DNA from: Pseudomonadota bacterium
GTDB lineage: Bacteria; Pseudomonadota; Alphaproteobacteria; Micavibrionales; UBA1664
Length of the DNA: 64,000 nt
NCBI GenBank assembly: GCA_009926935.1
Contig: RFNZ01000004.1
Span: forward strand, 21,104 to 85,103
Direction: 5' to 3'
A program made the translations under genes and the position numbers. This document shows, piece by piece, positions 52,329 through 61,066 of this stretch (position 1 is the stretch's first letter; every line of letters begins with the position of its first letter). The notes beneath the pieces were generated by a model, which did not search any database, was not told the origin of the DNA, and saw nothing but the letters and a program-made list of their open reading frames with translations.

Positions 52329-52402
52329 TGGGCCCGGAGGGACTTGAACCCCCGACCAAACCGTTATGAGCGGTCCGCTCTAACCAACTGAGCTACAGGC
52401 CC
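52329..52402 (-). tRNA. tRNA-Ile2(CAT), lysidine type; CCA not encoded
   Basis: GGGCCTGTAGCTCAGTTGGTTAGAGC...GACCG-CTCATAA-CGGTT; C4-G69 and C5-G68 (TilS determinants), A73. Confidence 0.85.
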
Positions 52403-52445
52403 GACGCGGAGAGCAACCTAAACAAAAGCAAGCAAGAAATACAGG

Positions 52446-53429
52446 TTAATTTTTTGGTAAAGCCAATGGATCAGGTGCTTTTTTAGAGAGCGGAGGGGCT
52501 GTTTTTTGTTTTTGTTCAACTCTGGGGGTAGGTCTTATGCCAGGTTCGAAGGCATCTTCATTAGGTTGATAGAAATAATCTGGTTTTCGGGACGTGAACA
52601 TGAGCGCGCTTCGATCCCACAACTCGGCATATTGTTTAGGCGTGACATCGTTACGAAGATTAATGAAAGAGGTGCGTCTCCCTCTTAGTTCAAGCTGCTC
52701 ATCAATATTGTGATTATCTTTTTTAAAAAAGTGCAAAGAGCCATAGAGAACCATGGATTTTCCGCGTGTGTTTTCAGTAATAAATTGTGCCACTTGAGCG
52801 TCGTGAGGGTTAAAACGCCCTTCAATTTTCTTCAAAAGTTGATCTATTTGGGCAGGAGTAAATTTATTTCTATTTTCAAGGAAATCCAGCATTTCAGTTA
52901 CTAGCTTTGCTTTGCTAATCTCATCCATAGGGTCGGCAGCGTGGACTTTTATGCCTTTATCGGAGGCTTCGTAAATAATTTCAGCATAACGCGCTATTCT
53001 TTTCCTTGTAGCGATAGCAAGCTTGATTCTATCTTCTTCCTTTATTTTGGGCATGCCGTCTCTTTCGAGAACATCTTCTCTTAGCTTCATGATCGTGTCG
53101 GTGAACTCTTTTCGCGTAATTTTTCGGGAGGCCAGATCATCGATCAGTTTTTGTTGGTCATGATGGAGTTCAATAAAAATATCTGTAACCCCACTTTTTT
53201 TGGCGTCGGCCATGGTCTCGGGAATGGTGAGAGGGTCGAGAAGCGATTCATCGCCATGGTTGTCGTCACCAAGGCAAATATCATCGCTTTTTTCAGCCAT
53301 TTCCGTAAGAATTTTTCTGAAATTGGGGAATTTTCTGGGCGTACGTGTTTGCGCCGAGGCAGCTGTGGTGCCAAAAAGCGTAGCAAGTATCAAACCTGCC
53401 ACAAATTCTCTGCGATCGGTTTCAACCAT
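52446..53429 (-). CDS. Tat-signal protein with EreA/ChaN/TIKI-like motifs
   Basis: DRREFV twin-Arg leader, TAASA cleavage-like site; CLGDDNH, IFIEL, VHAAD, VLYGSLHF; AT-rich. Confidence 0.6.
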   Translation of the reverse strand: MVETDRREFVAGLILATLFGTTAASAQTRTPRKFPNFRKILTEMAEKSDDICLGDDNHGDESLLDPLTIPETMADAKKSGVTDIFIELHHDQQKLIDDLASRKITRKEFTDTIMKLREDVLERDGMPKIKEEDRIKLAIATRKRIARYAEIIYEASDKGIKVHAADPMDEISKAKLVTEMLDFLENRNKFTPAQIDQLLKKIEGRFNPHDAQVAQFITENTRGKSMVLYGSLHFFKKDNHNIDEQLELRGRRTSFINLRNDVTPKQYAELWDRSALMFTSRKPDYFYQPNEDAFEPGIRPTPRVEQKQKTAPPLSKKAPDPLALPKN

Positions 53430-53534
53430 CGCCCCACTATAATTCCATAATATTTATAAGAGGTTAACTAGGCTGGCACGCTCTTTGCATTTACATAAAA
53501 ACAATAAAAACCGACGAAACCAAGGGGATGTTTT

Positions 53535-53741
53535 ATGTTCAGTATCGAGAGATTGATTATGTTTGGTTACCTGTTGAGCGTGTTAACGGGCAGTTATCTG
53601 GCAGTTTCCACGTTACGTCAGCTTTACAGCGAGGCAAGGCAGCTCGAACAACTGGCAACACTAGAAGCCCAGGATATCCAAGATATGAAAGACCGTAAGC
53701 TGCTTGTGTTCGACGCGATCGAACCCGCTTCCGGCAAGTGA
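53535..53741 (+). CDS. Small membrane-anchored hypothetical protein
   Basis: 68 aa, one hydrophobic segment, GGGGATG SD-like sequence upstream. Confidence 0.55.
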   Translation: MFSIERLIMFGYLLSVLTGSYLAVSTLRQLYSEARQLEQLATLEAQDIQDMKDRKLLVFDAIEPASGK

Positions 53742-53742
53742 G

Positions 53743-54552
53743 CTAGATTTTTGTCTCGGTGGTGCCAAGGGCCTCGGCAAGGCGAGTTTGGGCGCTGCCG
53801 GGCTTAAGAGGCCTTTGCTGGGTATCTGCCGGCCCCCATCCGATGGCGTAGATAACCTCAATACTGGCACGCAGTAGTCCGTCCGGCTCTGCATGATGGT
53901 TTTTGTAATCATCTTCAACAGCTTGCCAGAAACCGCGGCCTAAAAAGTCACGGCTACGGGCATGCAGGATCAATGACTCACCTGATGCTTTAATATCCTT
54001 GAGCAATCTTCTGATTTCTTTGTAATAAATAACTTTTATTTCGACATCAGCAACGGGCAAGGCAAACCCTGCGCGCTGCATCAAACCAGACATGGTCAGG
54101 AGATCGACCATAGGGTGGATGCGGGGGGCCGCACCACCACGCTGGCGCGTTTCAACCCGTATAAGGGTGTCGCGCAACTCATGCAGCGTCTCACCACCAA
54201 CAAGCGCGGCCAACAAAAGCCCATCCGGCTTAAGTGCTCGCCGCATTTGGACGAGGGTGCCGGGCAGGTCATTGACCCTGTGCAAATCCCCACAGCAGAT
54301 AATGAGGTCAAGGCTTTGCGGCGCGTAGGGAAAGTGTTCCGTCTCTCCCACTGCACACTCCTCCCGCCATTCGACAGAAGTCACGTTTTTGATGGCTTGC
54401 AAAGACCCCGTATCATCCGCTCCAATCAGAAGCGCCCGCTCGAAATCAAGGCGTTTGATATCACGCAAACGATCAAGCAGGGCACCGTACATGTGCTCCG
54501 AGAGCAGCGTTAAAGTCTTTTTACGGCGGGGCGAGCGGGCAAAAGGGCGCAT
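53743..54552 (-). CDS. SAM-dependent methyltransferase (BioC/NDUFAF5-like)
   Basis: SLDLII, LHRVNDLPG, LKPDGLLLA, GGETLHELR, HPMVD, LMQRAGFALPVAD, PLKPGS. Confidence 0.85.
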   Translation of the reverse strand: MRPFARSPRRKKTLTLLSEHMYGALLDRLRDIKRLDFERALLIGADDTGSLQAIKNVTSVEWREECAVGETEHFPYAPQSLDLIICCGDLHRVNDLPGTLVQMRRALKPDGLLLAALVGGETLHELRDTLIRVETRQRGGAAPRIHPMVDLLTMSGLMQRAGFALPVADVEIKVIYYKEIRRLLKDIKASGESLILHARSRDFLGRGFWQAVEDDYKNHHAEPDGLLRASIEVIYAIGWGPADTQQRPLKPGSAQTRLAEALGTTETKI

Positions 54553-54728
54553 GCGGCATGCATATTAGCGATGGTAATGTCAAACTCACAAGCAGGTTAT
54601 TTTATGTCCAGTTAAGAATAATAAAAAAACAAATTCAGGATATTTCAAAAAATTCTATTGACGTTCTTAGGCAGCTATCGTGAAGCTTTACTCCATAAGC
54701 AACAATAATATTACAGGGAGAGTCAAAG

Positions 54729-55667
54729 ATGTCAGAGCAGACAACTGTTATCGATTCCGAAGATTCAGGTTCAAGCCGGCGTTCAACAGCCCATGGCGGC
54801 ACCTATGACTGGCAGCGCGAAAGACGCGCAAGGCAAGATACTTCCTCCGGTATCGGCGACTATTTTGGTGGTTTTAATCGGCAGGCAGCGGACCATGCCA
54901 TGTACAGGACCGCAAATGCGGATCAGCTTTTGGGTATGCTCAGAACGGCAGTTTCCGACCAATGGCAGCTTATGCTCGATGTCTCGCCGCACGTAAACCC
55001 CAGTTTCGCAAGGATCGAGGCCATGCTGATCGAGCTTGCAGCCCGTATCAAGGACCCGCAGGCTGTCAGCGCCTTGGCTTTTGTAACGGCCAAAGAGGTA
55101 AATCCTGATAACCCCAATCGCTCGCGTTACATAAACTACGCCCCACGCGGCCTGCCTGCGATCAAACATGTGTGCGCAGCGTTCGATTTCCCGGTACCAG
55201 CAGGGATGGAAGCAAAAATATTGGCCGATATTGAAAGGCGTGCCGCTGCCCTTAAGGGTGATAGAGGCGGTAAAGCCTCGGCCCCGGAGCCAACGACCGA
55301 GCAGGGTAGGCTTGAGGCCAAACTGGTGTCTGAGCTGGCCACTATCTGGAACCCTATGGTTTTGGCAACGCCCGAGTTGCGCGTGGGCTTGAATGAAATC
55401 GAGGCGACACTCGCAAAACTGGCAGGACTCAAAGATGATAGGGCAGTTCAAGCGCTGGCTTTCATCAATGAAACAACACCCGAGTCAGCGTATACAGGCC
55501 GCCCTGTGCTTAAAAACTACGCCCCACGCGGCTTACCGGCGGTGCGCGAAGTCTACAGACTTTTTGGCCTTGAAGAGCCGAAGGATCGGGTCGATGCCGT
55601 GGTAGCCGCTGTGCGTAAGTCGCAGGCAGCCAATGGCGCAAACCACAGGCGTTACGCAGCGGCGTAA
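54729..55667 (+). CDS. Orphan protein with two internal ~127-aa repeats
   Basis: GGGAG SD; IEAxL..LA..KD..AV.ALAF...NYAPRGLPA occurs twice; exact 19-nt repeat at 55133-55151 and 55514-55532. Confidence 0.75.
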   Translation: MSEQTTVIDSEDSGSSRRSTAHGGTYDWQRERRARQDTSSGIGDYFGGFNRQAADHAMYRTANADQLLGMLRTAVSDQWQLMLDVSPHVNPSFARIEAMLIELAARIKDPQAVSALAFVTAKEVNPDNPNRSRYINYAPRGLPAIKHVCAAFDFPVPAGMEAKILADIERRAAALKGDRGGKASAPEPTTEQGRLEAKLVSELATIWNPMVLATPELRVGLNEIEATLAKLAGLKDDRAVQALAFINETTPESAYTGRPVLKNYAPRGLPAVREVYRLFGLEEPKDRVDAVVAAVRKSQAANGANHRRYAAA

Positions 55668-55712
55668 GCCAAAAACAAGGCATCTTTTTGAGAGTGCATA
55701 CTACGTGCCTAA

Positions 55713-55789
55713 TGGCGCGCCCGTGAGAATTCGAATCTCAAACCTTCTGATCCGTAGTCAGATGCTCTATCCAGTTGAGCTACGGGCGC
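55713..55789 (-). tRNA. tRNA-Arg(ACG)
   Basis: GCGCCCGTAGCTCAACTGGATAGAGC-TCTGA-CTACGGA-TCAGA...CCA. Confidence 0.96.
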
Positions 55790-56027
55790 ATAAATGAGGT
55801 GCGTGCAAGATTTTATACTCTGATCTAAACCTCGCAAGCGGGCGGACCATAACCCGTGAGAAGGTGGTATTTCAAGTTCTTTTTGTTTTTTCTGGGGATT
55901 AGAGAGAGTTTTGCCACGGGCGTGTTGTCCTTGACACCCCTTCACGTATAATGCCAATGAAAGACTCGGAAGGCGGAGGTTACGAAAAACATGCCCCCGC
56001 ACCGGACATAGAAGAACGGACGATATC

Positions 56028-57368
56028 ATGAAACACCAAGGCTTAAAGCTGCATCTGGGCGTCTCAGCGCTTGTATTTCTTGCGGTTATCGGTGCTGTAC
56101 CTACGATCTCCAAGGCCGAGCCAAAGGCGCTGGGTACGGTCGCGGTTGCAAAAAAGGCGGACGCCGAGGTACCAACTGACGATATCCCGACCCTTGTCGT
56201 CACTAACCGTCCTATGTCTGAAGTGTTGGCTAATAAGGCGCGCCCGCCAATGGATGAGGCTGGTGAAGCTGCACCAAAACTGAAGCCCGATGTTCCGGGG
56301 ATTGCTGCGACAGCCGATGACGGCGTTTACAAAAACATGATGACAGAGGCCCCGCGCATCGACGCTGATGCCGTTCTCAGCAAGGAATACTATTCACCTG
56401 CCGATACCTTGGCCTCACAAAAAATCAACCAGCTGCGCGAAGAAATGTTTACGCTGCAATCCCGCGTATCCGAGCTTTCCGAGCGTCTGACGGATATCCA
56501 GCAAGTAGGGCAGGAGCTGGCCGCGAATTACTACGCAAGCATTGCAACAATCAACACACAGCTTCAAAGCGGTACAACTCCTGGTAACCCCCGCCTGATG
56601 GAGCGTCTTACAGCGGCATCTGATGCCCTCGAAACGCTTTCAGGCAACGTTGCCGACATGAACGCGCTGGCACTCCAGATATCCGATTCAGCGGCCATGT
56701 CAGGCTATTTGCAGGAAGCCACGCGCGCCGCCTACGGCCTGACAGGTTCGGTCGAGGAAGATCATGCAAGGTTGGCCCAGCTTGAGGACTCCATTTCAAG
56801 CACATCTGTCCTGATCGAGCGGTTGCTCAACAACGTGAACGACGACATTACGCGCTCCGCCGCCTACCTCTCTTCTGAGCGCAGCAACCTGCGTACGCTC
56901 TCGCTCGCCATTGCCAATGGCGATCTGTATGGCCGTTCGCTGGCCAACCGTCCGTTCCTCTCTGTTGGCCAAAGCACTGTTGCAGCCGATATGGCGGCAG
57001 CTAACCAGGGGCTTGGTGCACAACCGGCATCCCTGGGTGCCGGCGGCCAGCCAGGCGCATTGCCTAGCCCGCGCCCGCTGGTTGTTATCCGGTTCGATAA
57101 GCCTGATGTTGACTTCCAACAGGCTGTCTACCAATCCGTCAGCGAAGCACTGGAAAAATATCCTAACGCCAAATTCGAGTTGGTGGCGGTCGCCCCGGGC
57201 GCTGGAAACCCTGCAAGAAAAGCTATCGAAAGCACGCGGTCCCGCCGCAATGCTGAAAAGGTTCTGCGTTCACTCACAGGCATGGGGCTGGGGGCTGAGC
57301 GTGTCGAGCTCTCGTCCATGGTGAATGACAATATCCAGACCAACGAAGTTCATCTTTACATCCGATAG
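56028..57368 (+). CDS. Exported coiled-coil protein with C-terminal OmpA-like domain
   Basis: Signal peptide, long heptad region, PLVVIRFD...SRRNAEKVLRSL..MG...RV. Confidence 0.7.
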   Translation: MKHQGLKLHLGVSALVFLAVIGAVPTISKAEPKALGTVAVAKKADAEVPTDDIPTLVVTNRPMSEVLANKARPPMDEAGEAAPKLKPDVPGIAATADDGVYKNMMTEAPRIDADAVLSKEYYSPADTLASQKINQLREEMFTLQSRVSELSERLTDIQQVGQELAANYYASIATINTQLQSGTTPGNPRLMERLTAASDALETLSGNVADMNALALQISDSAAMSGYLQEATRAAYGLTGSVEEDHARLAQLEDSISSTSVLIERLLNNVNDDITRSAAYLSSERSNLRTLSLAIANGDLYGRSLANRPFLSVGQSTVAADMAAANQGLGAQPASLGAGGQPGALPSPRPLVVIRFDKPDVDFQQAVYQSVSEALEKYPNAKFELVAVAPGAGNPARKAIESTRSRRNAEKVLRSLTGMGLGAERVELSSMVNDNIQTNEVHLYIR

Positions 57369-57376
57369 GACATAGT

Positions 57377-58234
57377 GTGAAAGCTGCTCTGATGACCGAC
57401 GATTTCATTCTCGCCGGTGACGGCGTTTCCATGGGCCCTATCGCCGTAAGGCTCACCCGTTCCAAGGCCGAGATAGAGGCCACACAAAAACTGCGATACG
57501 ATGTTTTTTATCGTGAGTACGGCGCAAAGCCCGTGGGCGATATGGAGGCCAAGGGCCTCGATTACGACCGCTTTGATGCATTTGCCGACCACCTGATTGT
57601 TACTGAAAACAGCGGTAGCGAGCGTATTGTCGGTACCTATCGCATTCTGCGTTCGGACGCGGCCAAAAAGGCCGGGCAGTTTTACTCAGCTTCCGAATTC
57701 GATATCTCAAAGCTCGTAAGCACTATACCCAATCTCATGGAAGTGGGTCGCAGCTGCGTCCACCCTGATTTTCGGACACGCAGCGTGCTTCAACTGCTCT
57801 GGCAGGGTATTGCGGAATACATCGCCTATTACGACATAGGCGCCCTTTTTGGCTGCGCCTCGTTTCACGGAACGGATATGAGCGCCCATGCGGATATGCT
57901 CTCATACCTGTATCACAACCATAGGGCGCCGGATCAGTTCTGCCCCCGCGCTTTGGACGGGCAGTACACGTCGATGAACCTGATAGAAAAAGACGCGCTC
58001 AATACAAAAGACGCGCTTTTAAAACTCCCGCCGCTCATCAAAGGTTATCTGCGCCTTGGCGGTTTTGTCGGCGATGGCGCCGTAATCGATCCCCAGTTCA
58101 ATACAATCGATGTTTGCGTCGTTGTTAAAACATCCGCCGTATCAAACCGTTACAAAAAACACTACGAGCGCAAGACGGGCGTGGCTCTGGGGACCGAAGA
58201 CGTACCGGTCGACGCCACTTCCGAAATCATCTGA
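57377..58234 (+). CDS. olsB: GNAT N-acyltransferase, ornithine-lipid OlsB-like
   Basis: LRYDVFYRE, DRFDAFADHLIV, VGTYR, EVGRSCVHPDFR, LFGCASF, LPPLIKGYLRLG. Confidence 0.85.
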   Translation: MKAALMTDDFILAGDGVSMGPIAVRLTRSKAEIEATQKLRYDVFYREYGAKPVGDMEAKGLDYDRFDAFADHLIVTENSGSERIVGTYRILRSDAAKKAGQFYSASEFDISKLVSTIPNLMEVGRSCVHPDFRTRSVLQLLWQGIAEYIAYYDIGALFGCASFHGTDMSAHADMLSYLYHNHRAPDQFCPRALDGQYTSMNLIEKDALNTKDALLKLPPLIKGYLRLGGFVGDGAVIDPQFNTIDVCVVVKTSAVSNRYKKHYERKTGVALGTEDVPVDATSEII

Positions 58235-58240
58235 GCCTGA

Positions 58241-59017
58241 ATGCGGGTACTCCTTGGCATCATAAGGATTCTGTCGCTAGCGCTGATGGCTGCGATGGTT
58301 TTGATCATTCATGGATTGGGCCGCCTTATAGGCCGGCACTGGTCGTTTCCCACTAGCGTTTGTTTTTTGGTTGCCCGGCTTTTTGGCTTTACGCCAAGGG
58401 TCGTGGGTACCCAGATCAGGGATAAAGACAGGCCGGTCTTCTTTGCTTCAAATCACGTTTCTTATCTCGATATTGTAATTCTGGGTTCGCAGCTGGATGC
58501 TCTGTTTGTGGCAAAAAGCGAAGTCGCAAACTGGCCGCTGTTTGGGGTAATGGCAAAAATCCAGAACACGGTTTTTATCCGCCGTGCGAAAACGGCCATA
58601 GACAGCGCAAGAGACACACTGGCCTCCCTCCTGCGCCAAAAGAAAAGCGTGATTGTCTTTGCGGAAGGAACCTCGACCGATGGAGCTTCGGTCAAACCCT
58701 TCAAGCCCGGTCTTTTTGATGCTCTTTATGAGCCTGGCGTTGATGCCGTGGTACAGCCTGTTGCCATCGTCCTGGAAAGCATTGAAGGCCAAAGGATAGG
58801 GGGCAACGCCCTTTTACGGGACCGCTACGCCTGGTGGAGGCCGGAACATACGCTGGTGCCCCATTTATGGGCCTTTGCCTGCACAAAACGGGCAGGGGTA
58901 AGCCTTCACTTTTTGCATGCCCTCAACCCCAAAGATTTTGAAGACAGGAAGGAACTAGCCGCAGCCGCCCACAAAGCTATTCAGGCTGTTGTTGAAGCGG
59001 AAAGCGGCTTGCGCTAG
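58241..59017 (+). CDS. PlsC-family acyltransferase (OlsA-like by context)
   Basis: SNHVSYLDI (HX4D), FVAKSEV, FAEGTSTDG; directly after olsB. Confidence 0.85.
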   Translation: MRVLLGIIRILSLALMAAMVLIIHGLGRLIGRHWSFPTSVCFLVARLFGFTPRVVGTQIRDKDRPVFFASNHVSYLDIVILGSQLDALFVAKSEVANWPLFGVMAKIQNTVFIRRAKTAIDSARDTLASLLRQKKSVIVFAEGTSTDGASVKPFKPGLFDALYEPGVDAVVQPVAIVLESIEGQRIGGNALLRDRYAWWRPEHTLVPHLWAFACTKRAGVSLHFLHALNPKDFEDRKELAAAAHKAIQAVVEAESGLR

Positions 59018-59031
59018 AAACAAGCCCGGAT

Positions 59032-59108
59032 GTTCCCGTAGCTCAGCTGGATAGAGCACCGGTTTCCTAAACTGGGGGTCGTGAGTTCAAATCTCGCCGG
59101 GAACGCCA
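59032..59108 (+). tRNA. tRNA-Arg(CCT)
   Basis: GTTCCCGTAGCTCAGCTGGATAGAGC-CCGGT-TTCCTAA-ACTGG...GGGAACGCCA. Confidence 0.95.
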
Positions 59109-59114
59109 GTTACT

Positions 59115-60899
59115 TTAAGCAGCTTTCAGGTTAAGGCCGTCATTGGCAAGCGCCGCTTTTCTTACCAGCGCGCGCAGTTCACGCACGCGGGCAGCAGCCT
59201 CGTCTACCTGCGCATTGGCAGCGCCATGTGCCTCGATCTCACGTACATGGTCCGATACCGTTTTAATGTTACGGCCAATTGCGACAAAACGCTCGATACC
59301 GCCGTCGTCAAGTGCCGTGGTAAACACGATGGCAAGCTGTTTGCCAACACGTCCGAGAGCGATATTTTGCTCAACGGCCTCGGTTGTATCCACGTCTTTT
59401 CCGGCGTGGCCATAGTCAAGCGCTTCGGCAACCATTTTCATCTGCTGCATTTGCGCGGCGCTGCGGATTCTGCAGGCATGTTTACTGAAGGTTTTAGCAA
59501 CATCAGCACGGTTGGTATTGTCGATGGCATGGCCAAGAACCATGTAAGATTCACGGCTACGGCTGTCGCCTTTACTGGTATCAGTCAGGATATAGGCAGC
59601 AACCCGGTCAAGGATTTCAAGTTTGTATTTAGGCGATGCGTAATGCCTTATATCAAAGGTATTAAGCGCCTCAGTTGCATTTCGTTTGCTGACAGTGCCC
59701 GCTTCTACGGCACGGTCCAGAATAGCAAGCCCCATCTCGTAAGCGCGGTCTGCGTTGCCAAGCTTGCGGCCCGTTTCAATAAGGGCCGTAAAGGACTGAA
59801 CGGCATTGGAATCGTAAGCATCTTTCGATCTTGAAACGCTAGCTTCCGTAACAAAAGCATAAGCTTCAAAAGCTTTATCCCTCATGGTCTGCGCCTGAGC
59901 CAAAAGGCCAGGGTGCGCCTTATCATCGAGTTCAGGCACGTAGGCTTCAGCTGCTTGAAGAACGAGTTCTTCAACAGATGCCTCATCGCGGTCACGATAG
60001 AGTTCCGTAGCCCGCGTTGAATCTTTTGCGAGTTGCAGAATGTTCTCAAAAACCATGCCGCGTGCCTTTTGAGACATCGGCATGTCTTTTATGCCAATCA
60101 GGAACGAGATACCGCGGCGGTAAGCGCTCGCAGTATTGCCGTGATCACGGTCTTTAAGGGATGCAAGATGGGTATTGATGTAATCTGTAATAAGCTTGAT
60201 GCGCTGGCCGGAGCGCTCTTCGCCAAAAAGGGCCTTGGTGGCTTTAACAAGGTCAGCCGTTTGTTCTGCCGGATTACCGCGGTAATGCCATACGCCCCAT
60301 TTAAGTGCCTTCATGGCTATACGGTTATAGACTTGGGCCTTGGCGCCGCCAGCTACCGTTGCGTCCAGAACATCCGTGATGTATCCCACAAGTGCGGATA
60401 CAGAAAGGGAGTGGCGTCCCTTAGGGCCTCTGGGTTTTGCCATTTCGTTAAAGCCGGCAAGGCGAATGGCTTGGGCATCAGCACCCAGCGTCTCCGAGAG
60501 CGCCTTCAGATACGGCTGCATGTCACGAACCTGATTCTGCGCAACGTACAGGTAGGTCTCTCTGGTGTTCAGGCTTAATGTCGTGGCAGCAGACGCAAAG
60601 AAAGACAGGGCAGTCTGCTGAGGAAGTTTGCGGCGCTCATAATTACCATCATCTACATGTTTACCCCATGAAACTGCATCGCACAGATGGCCGATGATTT
60701 TCATCGCCAGTCTTGGATAGACGCCGCTGGGCAATACAACATCCGTGGCTTCCTTCAATTGCGCGACAGCTTCAGCCTCTGTAATTTTTCCAAGCGTAAG
60801 ATCCGTAATAATGCTCTCAACATACAGCTCGTGTTCTTCACGCTCTGTTACAAGCAGGTCTTGAGTTAGATCAGGCTGTGTGCTGGCAAGTGCGACCAT
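59115..60899 (-). CDS. Large helical orphan protein
   Basis: 594 aa, Ala/Leu-rich helical composition; AAAAAGGAG SD on the minus strand; no recognised motif. Confidence 0.75.
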   Translation of the reverse strand: MVALASTQPDLTQDLLVTEREEHELYVESIITDLTLGKITEAEAVAQLKEATDVVLPSGVYPRLAMKIIGHLCDAVSWGKHVDDGNYERRKLPQQTALSFFASAATTLSLNTRETYLYVAQNQVRDMQPYLKALSETLGADAQAIRLAGFNEMAKPRGPKGRHSLSVSALVGYITDVLDATVAGGAKAQVYNRIAMKALKWGVWHYRGNPAEQTADLVKATKALFGEERSGQRIKLITDYINTHLASLKDRDHGNTASAYRRGISFLIGIKDMPMSQKARGMVFENILQLAKDSTRATELYRDRDEASVEELVLQAAEAYVPELDDKAHPGLLAQAQTMRDKAFEAYAFVTEASVSRSKDAYDSNAVQSFTALIETGRKLGNADRAYEMGLAILDRAVEAGTVSKRNATEALNTFDIRHYASPKYKLEILDRVAAYILTDTSKGDSRSRESYMVLGHAIDNTNRADVAKTFSKHACRIRSAAQMQQMKMVAEALDYGHAGKDVDTTEAVEQNIALGRVGKQLAIVFTTALDDGGIERFVAIGRNIKTVSDHVREIEAHGAANAQVDEAAARVRELRALVRKAALANDGLNLKAA

Positions 60900-61066
60900 A
60901 GGAAAGGCTCCTTTTTAAGTAAAACAAAAATGTTACGTAAAGAGCTGGGTGGTATTTGTCAATATCAAGATAAAGGAGCGAAAAGTTAATGGCGTTCCGC
61001 CACATTTCTGCCGTTTGACGCACCATCAGAATGGCTTATAATCTGCCGAATTATTAAAAAGCGAGG

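Noticed and set aside
52329-52402. tRNA-Met
   Set aside because: The CAT anticodon comes with a G1-C72 pair (not initiator) and C4-G69/C5-G68, which fit tRNA-Ile2.
55709-56203. 164-aa minus-strand ORF
   Set aside because: Overlaps tRNA-Arg(ACG) entirely and is antisense to the 56028 gene; spurious.
59032-61060. Integrative element at tRNA-Arg(CCT) (also considered at the other three tRNAs)
   Set aside because: No integrase and no duplicated tRNA 3' end (att) found by eye.
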